Assembly (NCBI GenBank): GCA_048941285.1
Contig: JBHLNS010000036.1
Coordinates: 1-34,658, forward strand
Source: Promethearchaeota archaeon
Lineage (GTDB): Archaea; Asgardarchaeota; Lokiarchaeia; Sigyniarchaeales; SOKP01
Reading direction: 5' to 3'
Length of the DNA stretch: 34,658 bases
The position numbers were made by a program, and so were the translations under genes. Positions 8,159 to 18,446 of the stretch are shown in pieces; positions within the stretch are counted from its first letter, which is position 1; each line of letters opens with the position of its first letter. The notes beneath the pieces were generated by a model. It was not told the DNA's origin and ran no database searches. It saw only the letters and a program-made list of their open reading frames with translations.

Positions 8159-9751
8159 TTACATAAAAGCAATGACAACATTATATTTCTTGATTTCTGA
8201 TTCTGCTAAAGCTTTTCCTAGAGGAGTTAAGCTTACTATATCATTACTTTTAATTTTTAGTGTGGTTAATTTTATATTAGGATCTTTTAGCGATGGCATA
8301 TATGGATTCCAATAGATTTCTTTAGTCATGGGGTTTGTAATCATCCATAATTCAGGATTTAATTCATATCCCGTTATTTTCATTGCTTTAAAAATATAAT
8401 TTACGTCTGCATCAAACGGCACCACAATTTGTACATTCTCTTCTCCTTCAATTTTACCACAAGCAAGGCAATCGTCTCTTTTTATTATATTTATATGATC
8501 AAATTGGCCATAAATTCCATTGTAATTAACATAAGGAGGATCCATTGGAGCACCAATATTTCTACCATTAACTCTAAATAAAAGTTTTAATGCCTCTTGA
8601 GATTGGATGCTAGCAATAACAGAGCTTACTGTTTGTATTGCGGCGATTTTATTTCCGAGAATATTTTCCATTTCTTCAAATTTGTAGTCTGGTCCGAAGG
8701 TTTCATAAATATTTTGTTTCCACTCCTTAATTTCTTCTTCGGTCAATGATTCTCTTTTTTCTTCCGATATATTTTCATTAAAGATACGTTCTCTCAATTT
8801 TTCTAATTCTATTTGTGCTAATTCTTTCATTTTGAGTACTTCGTCATTTAAATTAAGATCCGGTTTATGACCATATTTCTTTTCAAAATCTACTTCAGCT
8901 TTTATAACACAATGATTTCGATTACGTGGTAAACCTTTTAAGGTGCATGCTGCAACAAGCTTATCATCAGCGGGAGGTACCGGGACTAAACATCTATAAC
9001 ATGGAGTTTGATCTAGTAATTCAGGAGCATATTTCCAATCAAAAACCAATTCAATTTCCTTCCGAAACCTTTCAATCAGAGGTGTTATACTTTCTGCCTT
9101 AATATTTTCAATTTGCTCTTCTAATTCTTCAATTTTTTTTTGAGCTCTAAAGTAATCTGGGTATTCCCTTTCTGTTATTTCCCAAAGCCTTGCTTCAACT
9201 AGGTTATCAATTTCTTTTTCTTTATTTTTATAACGTAATCCAGAACCCTCGGGAATTATGATTTGGCAATGTCCTTCAAAACCCACGGTGCCAGCTTCAA
9301 CGAGTGGGATTTTTAACCTGAGACATATTTTATTTAAGTCCAGTCTAGCGTTAAAATTATCTAAAGCAGCGACCATGACATCCGATTCTTTGTACACAGA
9401 GATAGGTAATTTTTGAAGTTTTTCAAAATAAAAATCTACTTTGAGATATGGATTCATCTCCTTCAATCTTTCTGCTGCTACTTCTGCTTTCGGACGGCCT
9501 TCATCGCCCTGTCTAAATAACATTTGTCGTGACAAATTTGATGTTTCAATAGTGTCTAGATCAACAAGAATTAATCTTCCAATTCCCATAAGTGCGAAAT
9601 CTTTAGCTATTTCGCAACCCAAAGCACCTATACCAATTATCATAATAGTTCCTTTGTCTACAACCTCTTGGTCCCACCCATCAATCAATTGTTGCCGGGC
9701 ATACATTCGTGATTTAACAATATCCTCAGTTTTTTCAGTCATATTAATCAT
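8159..9751 (-). CDS. Ubiquitin/Ubl-activating enzyme E1 (ThiF/MoeB adenylation domain, catalytic-Cys segment, probable C-terminal ubiquitin-fold domain); Uba3/Uba2-like
   Basis: YARQ, GIGALGCE, DLDTIETSNLSRQ, LDNFNAR, zinc pairs CYRC and CLAC, and the eukaryote-type catalytic motif ACTLKGLPRNRNHCV. Confidence 0.9.
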   Translation of the reverse strand: MINMTEKTEDIVKSRMYARQQLIDGWDQEVVDKGTIMIIGIGALGCEIAKDFALMGIGRLILVDLDTIETSNLSRQMLFRQGDEGRPKAEVAAERLKEMNPYLKVDFYFEKLQKLPISVYKESDVMVAALDNFNARLDLNKICLRLKIPLVEAGTVGFEGHCQIIIPEGSGLRYKNKEKEIDNLVEARLWEITEREYPDYFRAQKKIEELEEQIENIKAESITPLIERFRKEIELVFDWKYAPELLDQTPCYRCLVPVPPADDKLVAACTLKGLPRNRNHCVIKAEVDFEKKYGHKPDLNLNDEVLKMKELAQIELEKLRERIFNENISEEKRESLTEEEIKEWKQNIYETFGPDYKFEEMENILGNKIAAIQTVSSVIASIQSQEALKLLFRVNGRNIGAPMDPPYVNYNGIYGQFDHINIIKRDDCLACGKIEGEENVQIVVPFDADVNYIFKAMKITGYELNPELWMITNPMTKEIYWNPYMPSLKDPNIKLTTLKIKSNDIVSLTPLGKALAESEIKKYNVVIAFM

Positions 9752-9889
9752 ATCTTCTTTTTTGGATAATAATAATATTATTTCAAATTCAAAATATAAA
9801 CTCTTTTAGTTGCGTTTTTGATGATAAAAAGTAATTAAGATCAGTAATAATCACTTTTAAACTTAATAAAATAAGAATTGAGGAATTAT

Positions 9890-12800
9890 TCACTTTTTCT
9901 TCTTTTCAGCAGTGTCTTTAATCAATTTTTTAAGACTATCAACTTTTTCTCTCTCTTTGGCTTCCTCTAATTTTTGTTGAAACTGCGTTTTCTCATCTTC
10001 CTTTTTTGTTATCTCCTCTTTTAATTCTTGCTTAAATTTTATAAGATTCGTCATTTCTTTACGAAATTCTCTTGCTTTAGCCTTTACCTCTTTCTTTTGC
10101 TCTGATTCTGCTAATTTTTGTTCTTGTCTTCTTTCTTCAATTAAACTTATTATACTATCCGCTAATTCACTAACTTCTCCAATAGTCTCTTTTAACTCGA
10201 ATTCTTCCTTTTCTCTGCGCTCTTTCTCCAAAAATCTCTGTTCTTCTAATTGTTCTTGGATAGTTTGGATTCTCAATTCTTCATTAATAACTTTATCTTC
10301 TAATTTTTTAGTATTTTTAATTTCAGTTTCGATATATTTTATTTCTTCATCCCATCCAATTTCTTGGAACTTAGAGATAGCTGAATTGAAAATTTCGTAT
10401 GCTCTATCAAAATCATGGTATGCCGCCCATTTCTTCCCTTCATCTATAAGTTTTAATCCATCATCTCTTATCTTTTCCGCTTGTTGTCGTTTAATAACTA
10501 TATCTCTATATTGTTTTTCTTGTGCTGCTTTCATTCTCTCTTGCTCCATTCTTCTTTTTTTCACTTCTTCTTGAAATATCGCGTACTCATTTTCCCGTTG
10601 TATGCGTGCTTGCTCCTCTAATCGTCTCTTTTCAAGAAAATTAACTTGTTCTTTTTGCAAATCTCTAATTAAATTGTCTAAATTCTTTATTTCAGGTTCC
10701 CAACCAATATTTTCTGCTAAAATATGTCTTGCTTGAACATACAATGAAATTGCCTCATTATAATTAGGAATATGGTGTTTCAAAGACTTGCTAGCTTCTT
10801 CCAATAGAGAATATGCTGACTCTCTTACACTCATTTGTTCTTGAATTCTCTTTTCTCGTTCTTGAAGTGCTAATTGTTGAGCTTTCTTTTTCTCTCTTTC
10901 TTGTCTCCTTCTTTCCTCAATGAGCATAGATAATGCTCTTTCTTCTTCTAACTTTTCTAATTCTTTCTTAACTTCTAAATTTTCTAATTCAGTTTTTTGA
11001 TCTTTCAATCTATTAATTTTAAATATCATGTTGTTAATCGAATCAGTTGGAAACTGTAATTCATTTAAGATCATTCCTGCTCTTCTATAACATACAAGTG
11101 CGTTATCATAATTTTGTTCTTTAAGAAATTTTTCACCATCATCTAAAGTCTTGAATGCTTGTTCTTTTCTCTCTTCTAATCTTGATCTTAATTGTTCTCT
11201 CTCAAGTATTTTCAAATCCTTTTGCTTTAATCGTTCCTGTTCAAGCCTTGAATTTTCTGCAACTTTTTGTTGATATTCCCATTCTTCTCGCTCTTTTTGT
11301 AATTTTAACTCTAAATCCTTTTGCTTTTGTAGGTGGTATTCTCTTTTTTTCTCCTGAACTTTTAACACTAATTCTCTGATAGAATCCGTTGGAAATGCAA
11401 TTTCATTTAATATTAATTCAGCAGTATGGTAATATTCGAGTGCTTTATCATATTGTAGTTGATTCATATATATCTCTGCTTTTTCAAGCAGATTGAATGC
11501 TTCTTCTTTTCTCTTTTCCATATAGGCATAAAATTCTTTTTGATTTTCAATTTCTTTTTGTTTAGCTTTTAATCTAATTTCATTTACCTTTATACTATTC
11601 GCTATTTGCTTTTGGAATTTATGTTCCTCTTGAGCTTGTTTAAGTTGTGCCTCTAAGTTCTTTTGCTTTGCAATCCAATCCTCTTTTGTTTTTTCTTGTA
11701 TTTTATGAATCATTTCTCTAACCGAGTTAGTGGGAAACCCAATTTCATTCAATATTAATTCTGCTTTTCTATATCTTTCAATTGCTTGATCATATTCCCC
11801 TCGATTAAAATAACTTTCGGCCTCATTTAAAATATCAAATGCTTCTGTTTTACGAGTTTCTATTAATTGTTTTAATTTTTCTTGTTTTTGGATTTGAATC
11901 TTTTTAGTCCTAAGTCTTTCTTGTTCTCGTTGCATATACTCAGAAATTTTTTTCTGGAAATGTTCTTCTTCAGATTTTCTTTGCTTTAATGATTCAATTT
12001 CAAGTTCCTTCTTTCTTTCCATATCTCTTTTTCTAACTTCAATTACTTTTATAGTATCTTTAATTAACCGTAAATAATCACTTTCCCATCCAATTTCAGT
12101 TAATAAATTCGTAGCATTTTGATAATTCTTTAGTGCCTCATTAAAATTTTTTTGATGAAGTAGATTATACCCCGTATCAATGAATTTGAAAGCTTCTTTC
12201 TCTTTTTCTAAATATTGCCTAGTGAGTTGTTTTTCCCGCTCAAATCTTTCTCGTTCTTCTAGTGCTTTAATTCTTTCGGTCTCCCTCAGAATTCTAACTC
12301 TTTCCATAAACTCGTAGTTCTCTTTTTCCTTTTCTATTTCTTCACTGATAGATTTCTGTTTTATTAAATCATTTTCTCTTTTTTTTTCTTCGATATTTTT
12401 TATTGCTTTATTAATGGTTGGAATTTCTTCGATCCATTGAATTTGAGCAAAAATATTTGCAACATCATGATATCGTTCAATTGCATCATCAAATTTGCCT
12501 AAAGAAATATAATTTTGAGCTTCTTCCAATATATCAAATGCTTCCTCTTTCCTTTTTTCCAGATATGAAAGCTCTTTTTCTTTCTCTCTAAGAATAATTT
12601 CTTTTCTCTTAATTTCTTCACGTTGTGATTTCATTTCTTTAATTAGTTTTTCTTGAAAGTATCTCTCTTGTTTTTCTTTTTCTATTGAGAGCTGTAATTC
12701 TTGTTGTTTTCTAATTTCCGCTTCACGTTTTTTATCTTCAACTGCAATAATTGAATTTTGAATCAACTCTATTTCTTCATCCCACTGAATATTTCTAAAA

Positions 12801-15800
12801 ATATCTATTGCTTCATGATATAATTCGATTGCTTGATCATAGTTTCCTTGTTCAATTTGTTTTTGAGCTTCTTCCAGTATATTAAAAGCTTTTTCTTTTT
12901 CTTTTTCTTGGAACAACCTTAATTCTTCTTCTTTATTCAGTTTCTCTTGTTTTTCTCTCATTTTTTGTTCTTCAAATTCAATTTTCTTCAGAATCTGCTC
13001 TTGAAATAATGAGTCTTCTTGGTCTCTTCTTACTTTTTGTTCAAATTCTTTAAATTGACGTAGATCTTCTTCTCTCTTTTTCTCTTGAATTTTTGAAATC
13101 ATTTCTCTAATAGAACCGGTAGGGAAATTAATTTCATTTAAAATTAACTCCGCTTGAATGTAATTTTTAATTGATTTTTCATATTCGCCTTGATTTAATA
13201 GATTTTGTGCATTATCCATTATGCTAAAAGCTTCTGACTTGCGTTTTTCCATATGCTTAATTAAATCTTCTCTTTTTTGTATTTCAATTTTCTTTTCTTG
13301 AATTTTTTTCTGTTCTTGAAGCATGTACTCACTAATTCTTTTTTGAAATAAATCTTCCTCTTTTTGATGTTTCAAGGAGCTTTCAAATTCCTTTTGTTTT
13401 TCACTCTCTTTTTCTTTTTCCCGTTGTTTGATTGTCTGAATTGTATCATTTAATAGTCTTAAGTATCGATCTTCCCAGCCAATCTCCCTGAGAAGTTCAA
13501 TAGCTTTATTATAATTTGCAATAGCATTATTGAAATTTTCATTTTCAAAGAGTATGTCTCCACTTTCTATTAAATTAAACGCTTTTTGCTGTCTAGCCAA
13601 ATTTTGGGCAGAAAGTTGTTTTTGTTTTTCAAATACTTCTTTCTGTATCAATAGTTCTGATTTTTCTCTTTCCGCCTGATATCTTATTCGTTCAATAAAT
13701 GCTCTATCTTCAGTTTCTTTTCTAATTGCTTTTTGTAATTCTCTTTGTTTATTTAATTCATCTTGTCTTTTTTTATTCTCAATTGAAAATATTGCCTCTT
13801 GGATGATGGAAATTTCTTCAGTCCATTGAATCTGAGCAAATATATTTGCAATATTATAATAAGTTTGAAGGGCATCATCATATTTTTTTTGAGAAAGAAA
13901 ATCCTGAGCCTTTTCTAGCAAATTAAAAGCCTCTTGCTTCTTTTCCTCCCGATAAGCAAATTCTTTTTCCTTCTCTCTAAGAAAAATCTTCCTTTTTACT
14001 AAGTCCTGATGTTGAGCTTTCATTTCTTTTGCAATACGCTCTTGAAATGCTTTTTCTTGCTTCTCACGATCTAATTTAGCTTGAAATTTAATTTGATTTT
14101 GAATATCTTTTTCTCTTTTCACATTTTCAATTTCGATTATTGCATTTTGGATAAGATTGATTTCATTCTGCCATTGAGCATCAGCAAAAAATGTAATTGC
14201 GTATTGAAGTATTTCAATAGCTTCATCAAAATTCCCTTCTTTAACATTAATTTGGGATTCATCAAGTAACCTGAAACCTGCTTCTCTTTTTTCTTCACGG
14301 AATTTTGCCTCTTTTTCACGTTCCATTAATTCAACTTTCTTTTTCTTAAGTTGTTCACGTTCTTCCCGTAAATATTTAGAAATTTGCTTTTGAAACTCTT
14401 CATCTTTCTTTTGTCTAGCGATATTTTCTTTCAATTCTTTTTGTTTTCTTATATTTTGTTTTCTTTTTAGTTCTTCAACCTCTCTTATTGATTCTTCAAT
14501 CAAAGGTATTTCCTCAGCCCATTGAATTTCAGCAAAAATGTTTGCGGCATTTTGATAATTTAGGATAGTTTTATCATAATCACCTTTTTTTAAGAAATCT
14601 ATAGCGGAATCTAAGAAGTCAAATGCTTGATTTCTTTTTTGTTCAAACATTTTGATTTCTTCTTCACGATCTTTAATTACTATTTCTTTCTTTTTTAAGC
14701 GTTCACGCTCTTTATTTATTAGAGCTCCTATTTGCTTCTGGAATTCTAATTCATCCAGGTTTCTTTCTTCTAATTTCTTTTGATGCTCATATAGTTTTTT
14801 AAGTTGTGTCTGTTTAAGTATTTCCACATTAGAGATCGTGTTTTGAACCATTGACCTATATGGCTCCCATCCAGGACCTAGATCTTTAAGGATTGGTAAA
14901 GCTTTATGATATATATTTATAGCTTCCTCGAAGTTTTTATCCTTTAGAATTTCATCTGCTTTATCTAATAACCTAAACAGGTCTTCTTCTTTATTTGCCT
15001 CGTCTCTCCTTTTTTCTTCATAATCTCTTCTTTTTTTGTCAAGTTCTTTTACAGATTCGATATAATGTTCCTTTTGTTTTTGTTGTATAGAATTTTGAAG
15101 TATTCGTAAATCTGATTGTCTTCGTTCTATTAATTGATTAGAAATCTTTTCTCTTTTTTGTTTGTTTTTTACAGTCTCAATTAAATTTGAAATTGGTTGA
15201 ATATATGAATCCCATTCTATTGATTTAAGAAGTTCAATTGCTTGATTGAATCTATCAATCGATTCTTCGTATCTATTTTCTCTCTCGAGCCTATTTCCGA
15301 TATCTATTAAATTAAAAGCTTTTAGTTGGAGCTCTTCCTCATACCTTTTCTTTGTCTCATATTTATCTAATCTTTCTTTTTTTATTTCTGCCTCTTTTTC
15401 TAGTATAACCTTCTGATCTTCAATATCCCTCCTTAAAGCTAATGGCTTCTCTATTTGATGGGTCTCAAATTCTAATTTATCTTGTTTAAGCTTTTCAATA
15501 ATAGTTTGAATTTTTTGAATTTGAACATTCCAACCAATAGATTTTAATAATTCAATTGCTCTTTCATAGTTCATTATTGCATTATCAAATCTCCTGTCTT
15601 TTTCAAATATTTTGGCAGCATCAATATGAGCGAATGCCTCATTCTGTGTATTCTCTTCATGTTGTTTTTTCTTTATAAACTTCTCCAAGACCTCTGATTT
15701 TTCAATACTACTTTTCTTCCCAAACATGCCAACAACTTGAGGTTTCTCATCTGAAACTGGCGTAGGAGCTTCTATTTTTAATTCGATTTCTGATTCTTGA

Positions 15801-16258
15801 TATTTTTGATCAATTTGTTGTTGTTCTGACTTCTTTACGAGTTTATTTATTTTAATTTTTAAATTCTCTAATTGGGTTTCAGACCAACCAGCTTCATTTA
15901 ATAATTTAATAGCAGATAAATATTGTTGAATAGCATCTTCAAAAAATCCGTCAAACTCTAGCTTTTTCGCTCCTTCTAAGATAATAAACGCTTGATCCTG
16001 TAATTGTTCAATTTGAGCTTTAGCTTGAGTTCGCTGATATAAAGTATCTTTTTTAAGAAAATCTCTTAATTCTCCTATTCTATCATAAATTTCTTGAATT
16101 CTATGCATCAAATATCCACTTTTTTTCAAAAAATCAGCAGCCTTTTGATAATTTGAAATTGCTTCTTGCAAGTTTTTCTCTTCTTCAAATTTTTGAGCAA
16201 TTTCTAGAAATTTTAAAGCTTCTTGTGCTAGTTCTTCTGGATTCTGCAATTTAAACAA
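9890..16258 (-). CDS. Giant (2122 aa) alpha-helical repeat protein: 18 MIT/TPR-like helical units separated by E/K/R/Q-rich helices
   Basis: Recurrent AFxxLxxAxxxxxxxxYDxAIxxYxxAxxILxEIx(W/F) with a ~116 aa period. No TM segment. TTG start. Confidence 0.85.
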   Translation of the reverse strand: MFKLQNPEELAQEALKFLEIAQKFEEEKNLQEAISNYQKAADFLKKSGYLMHRIQEIYDRIGELRDFLKKDTLYQRTQAKAQIEQLQDQAFIILEGAKKLEFDGFFEDAIQQYLSAIKLLNEAGWSETQLENLKIKINKLVKKSEQQQIDQKYQESEIELKIEAPTPVSDEKPQVVGMFGKKSSIEKSEVLEKFIKKKQHEENTQNEAFAHIDAAKIFEKDRRFDNAIMNYERAIELLKSIGWNVQIQKIQTIIEKLKQDKLEFETHQIEKPLALRRDIEDQKVILEKEAEIKKERLDKYETKKRYEEELQLKAFNLIDIGNRLERENRYEESIDRFNQAIELLKSIEWDSYIQPISNLIETVKNKQKREKISNQLIERRQSDLRILQNSIQQKQKEHYIESVKELDKKRRDYEEKRRDEANKEEDLFRLLDKADEILKDKNFEEAINIYHKALPILKDLGPGWEPYRSMVQNTISNVEILKQTQLKKLYEHQKKLEERNLDELEFQKQIGALINKERERLKKKEIVIKDREEEIKMFEQKRNQAFDFLDSAIDFLKKGDYDKTILNYQNAANIFAEIQWAEEIPLIEESIREVEELKRKQNIRKQKELKENIARQKKDEEFQKQISKYLREEREQLKKKKVELMEREKEAKFREEKREAGFRLLDESQINVKEGNFDEAIEILQYAITFFADAQWQNEINLIQNAIIEIENVKREKDIQNQIKFQAKLDREKQEKAFQERIAKEMKAQHQDLVKRKIFLREKEKEFAYREEKKQEAFNLLEKAQDFLSQKKYDDALQTYYNIANIFAQIQWTEEISIIQEAIFSIENKKRQDELNKQRELQKAIRKETEDRAFIERIRYQAEREKSELLIQKEVFEKQKQLSAQNLARQQKAFNLIESGDILFENENFNNAIANYNKAIELLREIGWEDRYLRLLNDTIQTIKQREKEKESEKQKEFESSLKHQKEEDLFQKRISEYMLQEQKKIQEKKIEIQKREDLIKHMEKRKSEAFSIMDNAQNLLNQGEYEKSIKNYIQAELILNEINFPTGSIREMISKIQEKKREEDLRQFKEFEQKVRRDQEDSLFQEQILKKIEFEEQKMREKQEKLNKEEELRLFQEKEKEKAFNILEEAQKQIEQGNYDQAIELYHEAIDIFRNIQWDEEIELIQNSIIAVEDKKREAEIRKQQELQLSIEKEKQERYFQEKLIKEMKSQREEIKRKEIILREKEKELSYLEKRKEEAFDILEEAQNYISLGKFDDAIERYHDVANIFAQIQWIEEIPTINKAIKNIEEKKRENDLIKQKSISEEIEKEKENYEFMERVRILRETERIKALEERERFEREKQLTRQYLEKEKEAFKFIDTGYNLLHQKNFNEALKNYQNATNLLTEIGWESDYLRLIKDTIKVIEVRKRDMERKKELEIESLKQRKSEEEHFQKKISEYMQREQERLRTKKIQIQKQEKLKQLIETRKTEAFDILNEAESYFNRGEYDQAIERYRKAELILNEIGFPTNSVREMIHKIQEKTKEDWIAKQKNLEAQLKQAQEEHKFQKQIANSIKVNEIRLKAKQKEIENQKEFYAYMEKRKEEAFNLLEKAEIYMNQLQYDKALEYYHTAELILNEIAFPTDSIRELVLKVQEKKREYHLQKQKDLELKLQKEREEWEYQQKVAENSRLEQERLKQKDLKILEREQLRSRLEERKEQAFKTLDDGEKFLKEQNYDNALVCYRRAGMILNELQFPTDSINNMIFKINRLKDQKTELENLEVKKELEKLEEERALSMLIEERRRQEREKKKAQQLALQEREKRIQEQMSVRESAYSLLEEASKSLKHHIPNYNEAISLYVQARHILAENIGWEPEIKNLDNLIRDLQKEQVNFLEKRRLEEQARIQRENEYAIFQEEVKKRRMEQERMKAAQEKQYRDIVIKRQQAEKIRDDGLKLIDEGKKWAAYHDFDRAYEIFNSAISKFQEIGWDEEIKYIETEIKNTKKLEDKVINEELRIQTIQEQLEEQRFLEKERREKEEFELKETIGEVSELADSIISLIEERRQEQKLAESEQKKEVKAKAREFRKEMTNLIKFKQELKEEITKKEDEKTQFQQKLEEAKEREKVDSLKKLIKDTAEKKKK
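11498..14275 (-). repeat. Intragenic tandem duplication of a four-unit block (1389 nt = 463 codons)
   Basis: Equivalent Phe codons of repeats 7, 11 and 15 start at 14275, 12886 and 11497, exactly 1389 nt apart. Unit types match pairwise (7/11, 8/12, 9/13, 10/14). Confidence 0.8.
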
Positions 16259-16454
16259 ATCTGTTGAGTGTTAATTTAAATTATAAATTACATATAATTT
16301 TCTTACTTTAATTTAACCACACTAAGTAATTAAATTTTTTATATTGTGATAATTATTTTAACTAAATTATTGAAAAGGTTAAATAATTTTTAATTTACAT
16401 AAATATTGAATTCAAATTTTTAAAAAAACGATTATTAATTAATGAAATTAAGAT

Positions 16455-18410
16455 ATGGAAATAAAAGATAAAAGTATCCTCATAGATTTCGAACCAATTT
16501 CAAGAAGATTATATGTCTCGAATGATAGCTCTATATATGAGCTATTGACTGAAATAAATATACCAATTAGATCAATCTGCGGAGGGCTAGGAACATGTGG
16601 AAAATGTAAAATTCTAATTCAGAAAGGTCATATATATCTTACTAAGCTCACTAATATTGAAAAAAATTTTATGAGTGAGGTAGAAATTCAAAATGGATGG
16701 CGTTTAGCATGTCAAACTAAAATTAATATTAATTATAAACCCCAAATAATTGAGAATGATATACCTCAGATTAGAATTTTTTTACCTAGCCATTTATTGC
16801 TTGAAGACTTTAAGATTCTTACTTCAGGTATTAGTAGGATTGTAAAATTACAACCAACTATTGAAAAGATTTATGTAGAAATAAAAAAACCATCATTAGA
16901 AGCACCATATGCGGATTTTGAGAGAATAGAAAAAGAAATTATTCCTAAAATAAAAAATTTGAAGAAAAATGATAAGATCAGTATTAATTTCGATATTTTG
17001 AGAAAAATCCCTAATATCCTGAGGATCAGCAACAATAAAATTACATTAGTTTTATGGAATAAAAGTAATATCATTGCTTGTGAGGCTAATAATACTATTG
17101 AAAATAATTTTGGTATCGCTTTTGATATTGGCACAACTACTGTGGTAGGTTACTTGTTAAATTTGAATGATGGTAAAGTTTATGCTGTTGATTCAAGATT
17201 GAATAGCCAAACCGCTTATGGAGAGGATTTGATAACAAGGTTAACTTATATCAAAGATGATAATCAGAATCTTAGCAAACTAAATTCTACAATCATAAAT
17301 GATTTAAATGAAATGATCTCAAACTTATGTCAAAAAGTAAATATCAAACCTTTTAACATATATGAAGCAACAATTGTTGGAAATTCTGTCATGCATCACA
17401 TTTTTTTAGGGTTAGATCCCGTAAATATTGGATTAAGTCCCTTTACTCCAGTAATTCAAAGAGATCTAAATATTCAAGCTAAAAAATTGGGGCTTAAAAT
17501 CTCTAAAAATGGAAACGTATATGCTGCTCCTGTTATCGCCGGATTTGTTGGTGCTGATACATTGGGTGTAATCCTCGCATCACAAATTTATAATGAAAAA
17601 CTACTTACATTAGCAATAGATATTGGTACTAACGGTGAAATAATTATTGGTAATAGAAATCATCTAATTGTTGGTTCTTGTGCTGCGGGATCTGCTTTAG
17701 AGGGGGCACATATTGATGATGGAATGAGAGCTGCTGCAGGAGCTATAGATACTGTCAAAATTGACAAATCTGATCTGAACGTATCATATACTACAATTCA
17801 AAATAAGAAACCAATGGGCATTTGTGGATCTGGATTAGTTGATAGTATAGCAGAGATGTTAAAATCAAAAATAATTACAAAAAGTGGTAATTTTAACCGA
17901 GAACTTATTGATTATGAGAGATTTATTAAAGATGGTAAAGAAGTAAAATTCATTATTGCTAATAAAGAAGAAACTTCTATAGATAGAGAAATTTCAATTA
18001 GTCAGAGTGATGTACGCCAAATCCAAATGGCAAAAGCAGCATTCTATTCTGGAATGAGAATTATTTTAAATCATATAGGTAAAAATTTAAGTATTGATCA
18101 AGTATTCCTGGCAGGCGCTTTTGGCAATTATATCAATTCTCATAATGCAAAATTCATAGGAATGATTCCTGATATATATGATCATAAAATTTTTCAGATT
18201 GGTAATGCTGCTGGAGTTGGGGCACAATACTTTTTATTAAATAAAGATTTAAGAAATAAGGCAAAAAATCTTTTAAGTAAAATTAAATATGTCGAAATTG
18301 CTATAGAAAAAAATTTCCAGAAAGAGTACGCCGAAGCGATGTACTTTCCTCATTTAAATCTTGACCATTTTCCAAGTTTGGCAGAATACAAGGATATTCC
18401 TAAAAGATAA
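16455..18410 (+). CDS. Reductive activator of corrinoid enzymes (RACo/AcsV-like): 2Fe-2S ferredoxin + ASKHA ATPase (DUF4445)
   Basis: CGGLGTCGKC...RLAC, FDIGTTT, IDIGTNGE, SCAAGSALEG, GICGSG, LAGAFG and GNAA. Confidence 0.92.
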   Translation: MEIKDKSILIDFEPISRRLYVSNDSSIYELLTEINIPIRSICGGLGTCGKCKILIQKGHIYLTKLTNIEKNFMSEVEIQNGWRLACQTKININYKPQIIENDIPQIRIFLPSHLLLEDFKILTSGISRIVKLQPTIEKIYVEIKKPSLEAPYADFERIEKEIIPKIKNLKKNDKISINFDILRKIPNILRISNNKITLVLWNKSNIIACEANNTIENNFGIAFDIGTTTVVGYLLNLNDGKVYAVDSRLNSQTAYGEDLITRLTYIKDDNQNLSKLNSTIINDLNEMISNLCQKVNIKPFNIYEATIVGNSVMHHIFLGLDPVNIGLSPFTPVIQRDLNIQAKKLGLKISKNGNVYAAPVIAGFVGADTLGVILASQIYNEKLLTLAIDIGTNGEIIIGNRNHLIVGSCAAGSALEGAHIDDGMRAAAGAIDTVKIDKSDLNVSYTTIQNKKPMGICGSGLVDSIAEMLKSKIITKSGNFNRELIDYERFIKDGKEVKFIIANKEETSIDREISISQSDVRQIQMAKAAFYSGMRIILNHIGKNLSIDQVFLAGAFGNYINSHNAKFIGMIPDIYDHKIFQIGNAAGVGAQYFLLNKDLRNKAKNLLSKIKYVEIAIEKNFQKEYAEAMYFPHLNLDHFPSLAEYKDIPKR

Positions 18411-18446
18411 TAACATAGCTAATGATAAAAAGCCTATTTCCATATT

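Noticed and set aside
9890-16258. SMC/Rad50-like ATPase or phage tape-measure protein
   Set aside because: No Walker A/B or signature motifs, no TM segments and no phage genes nearby.
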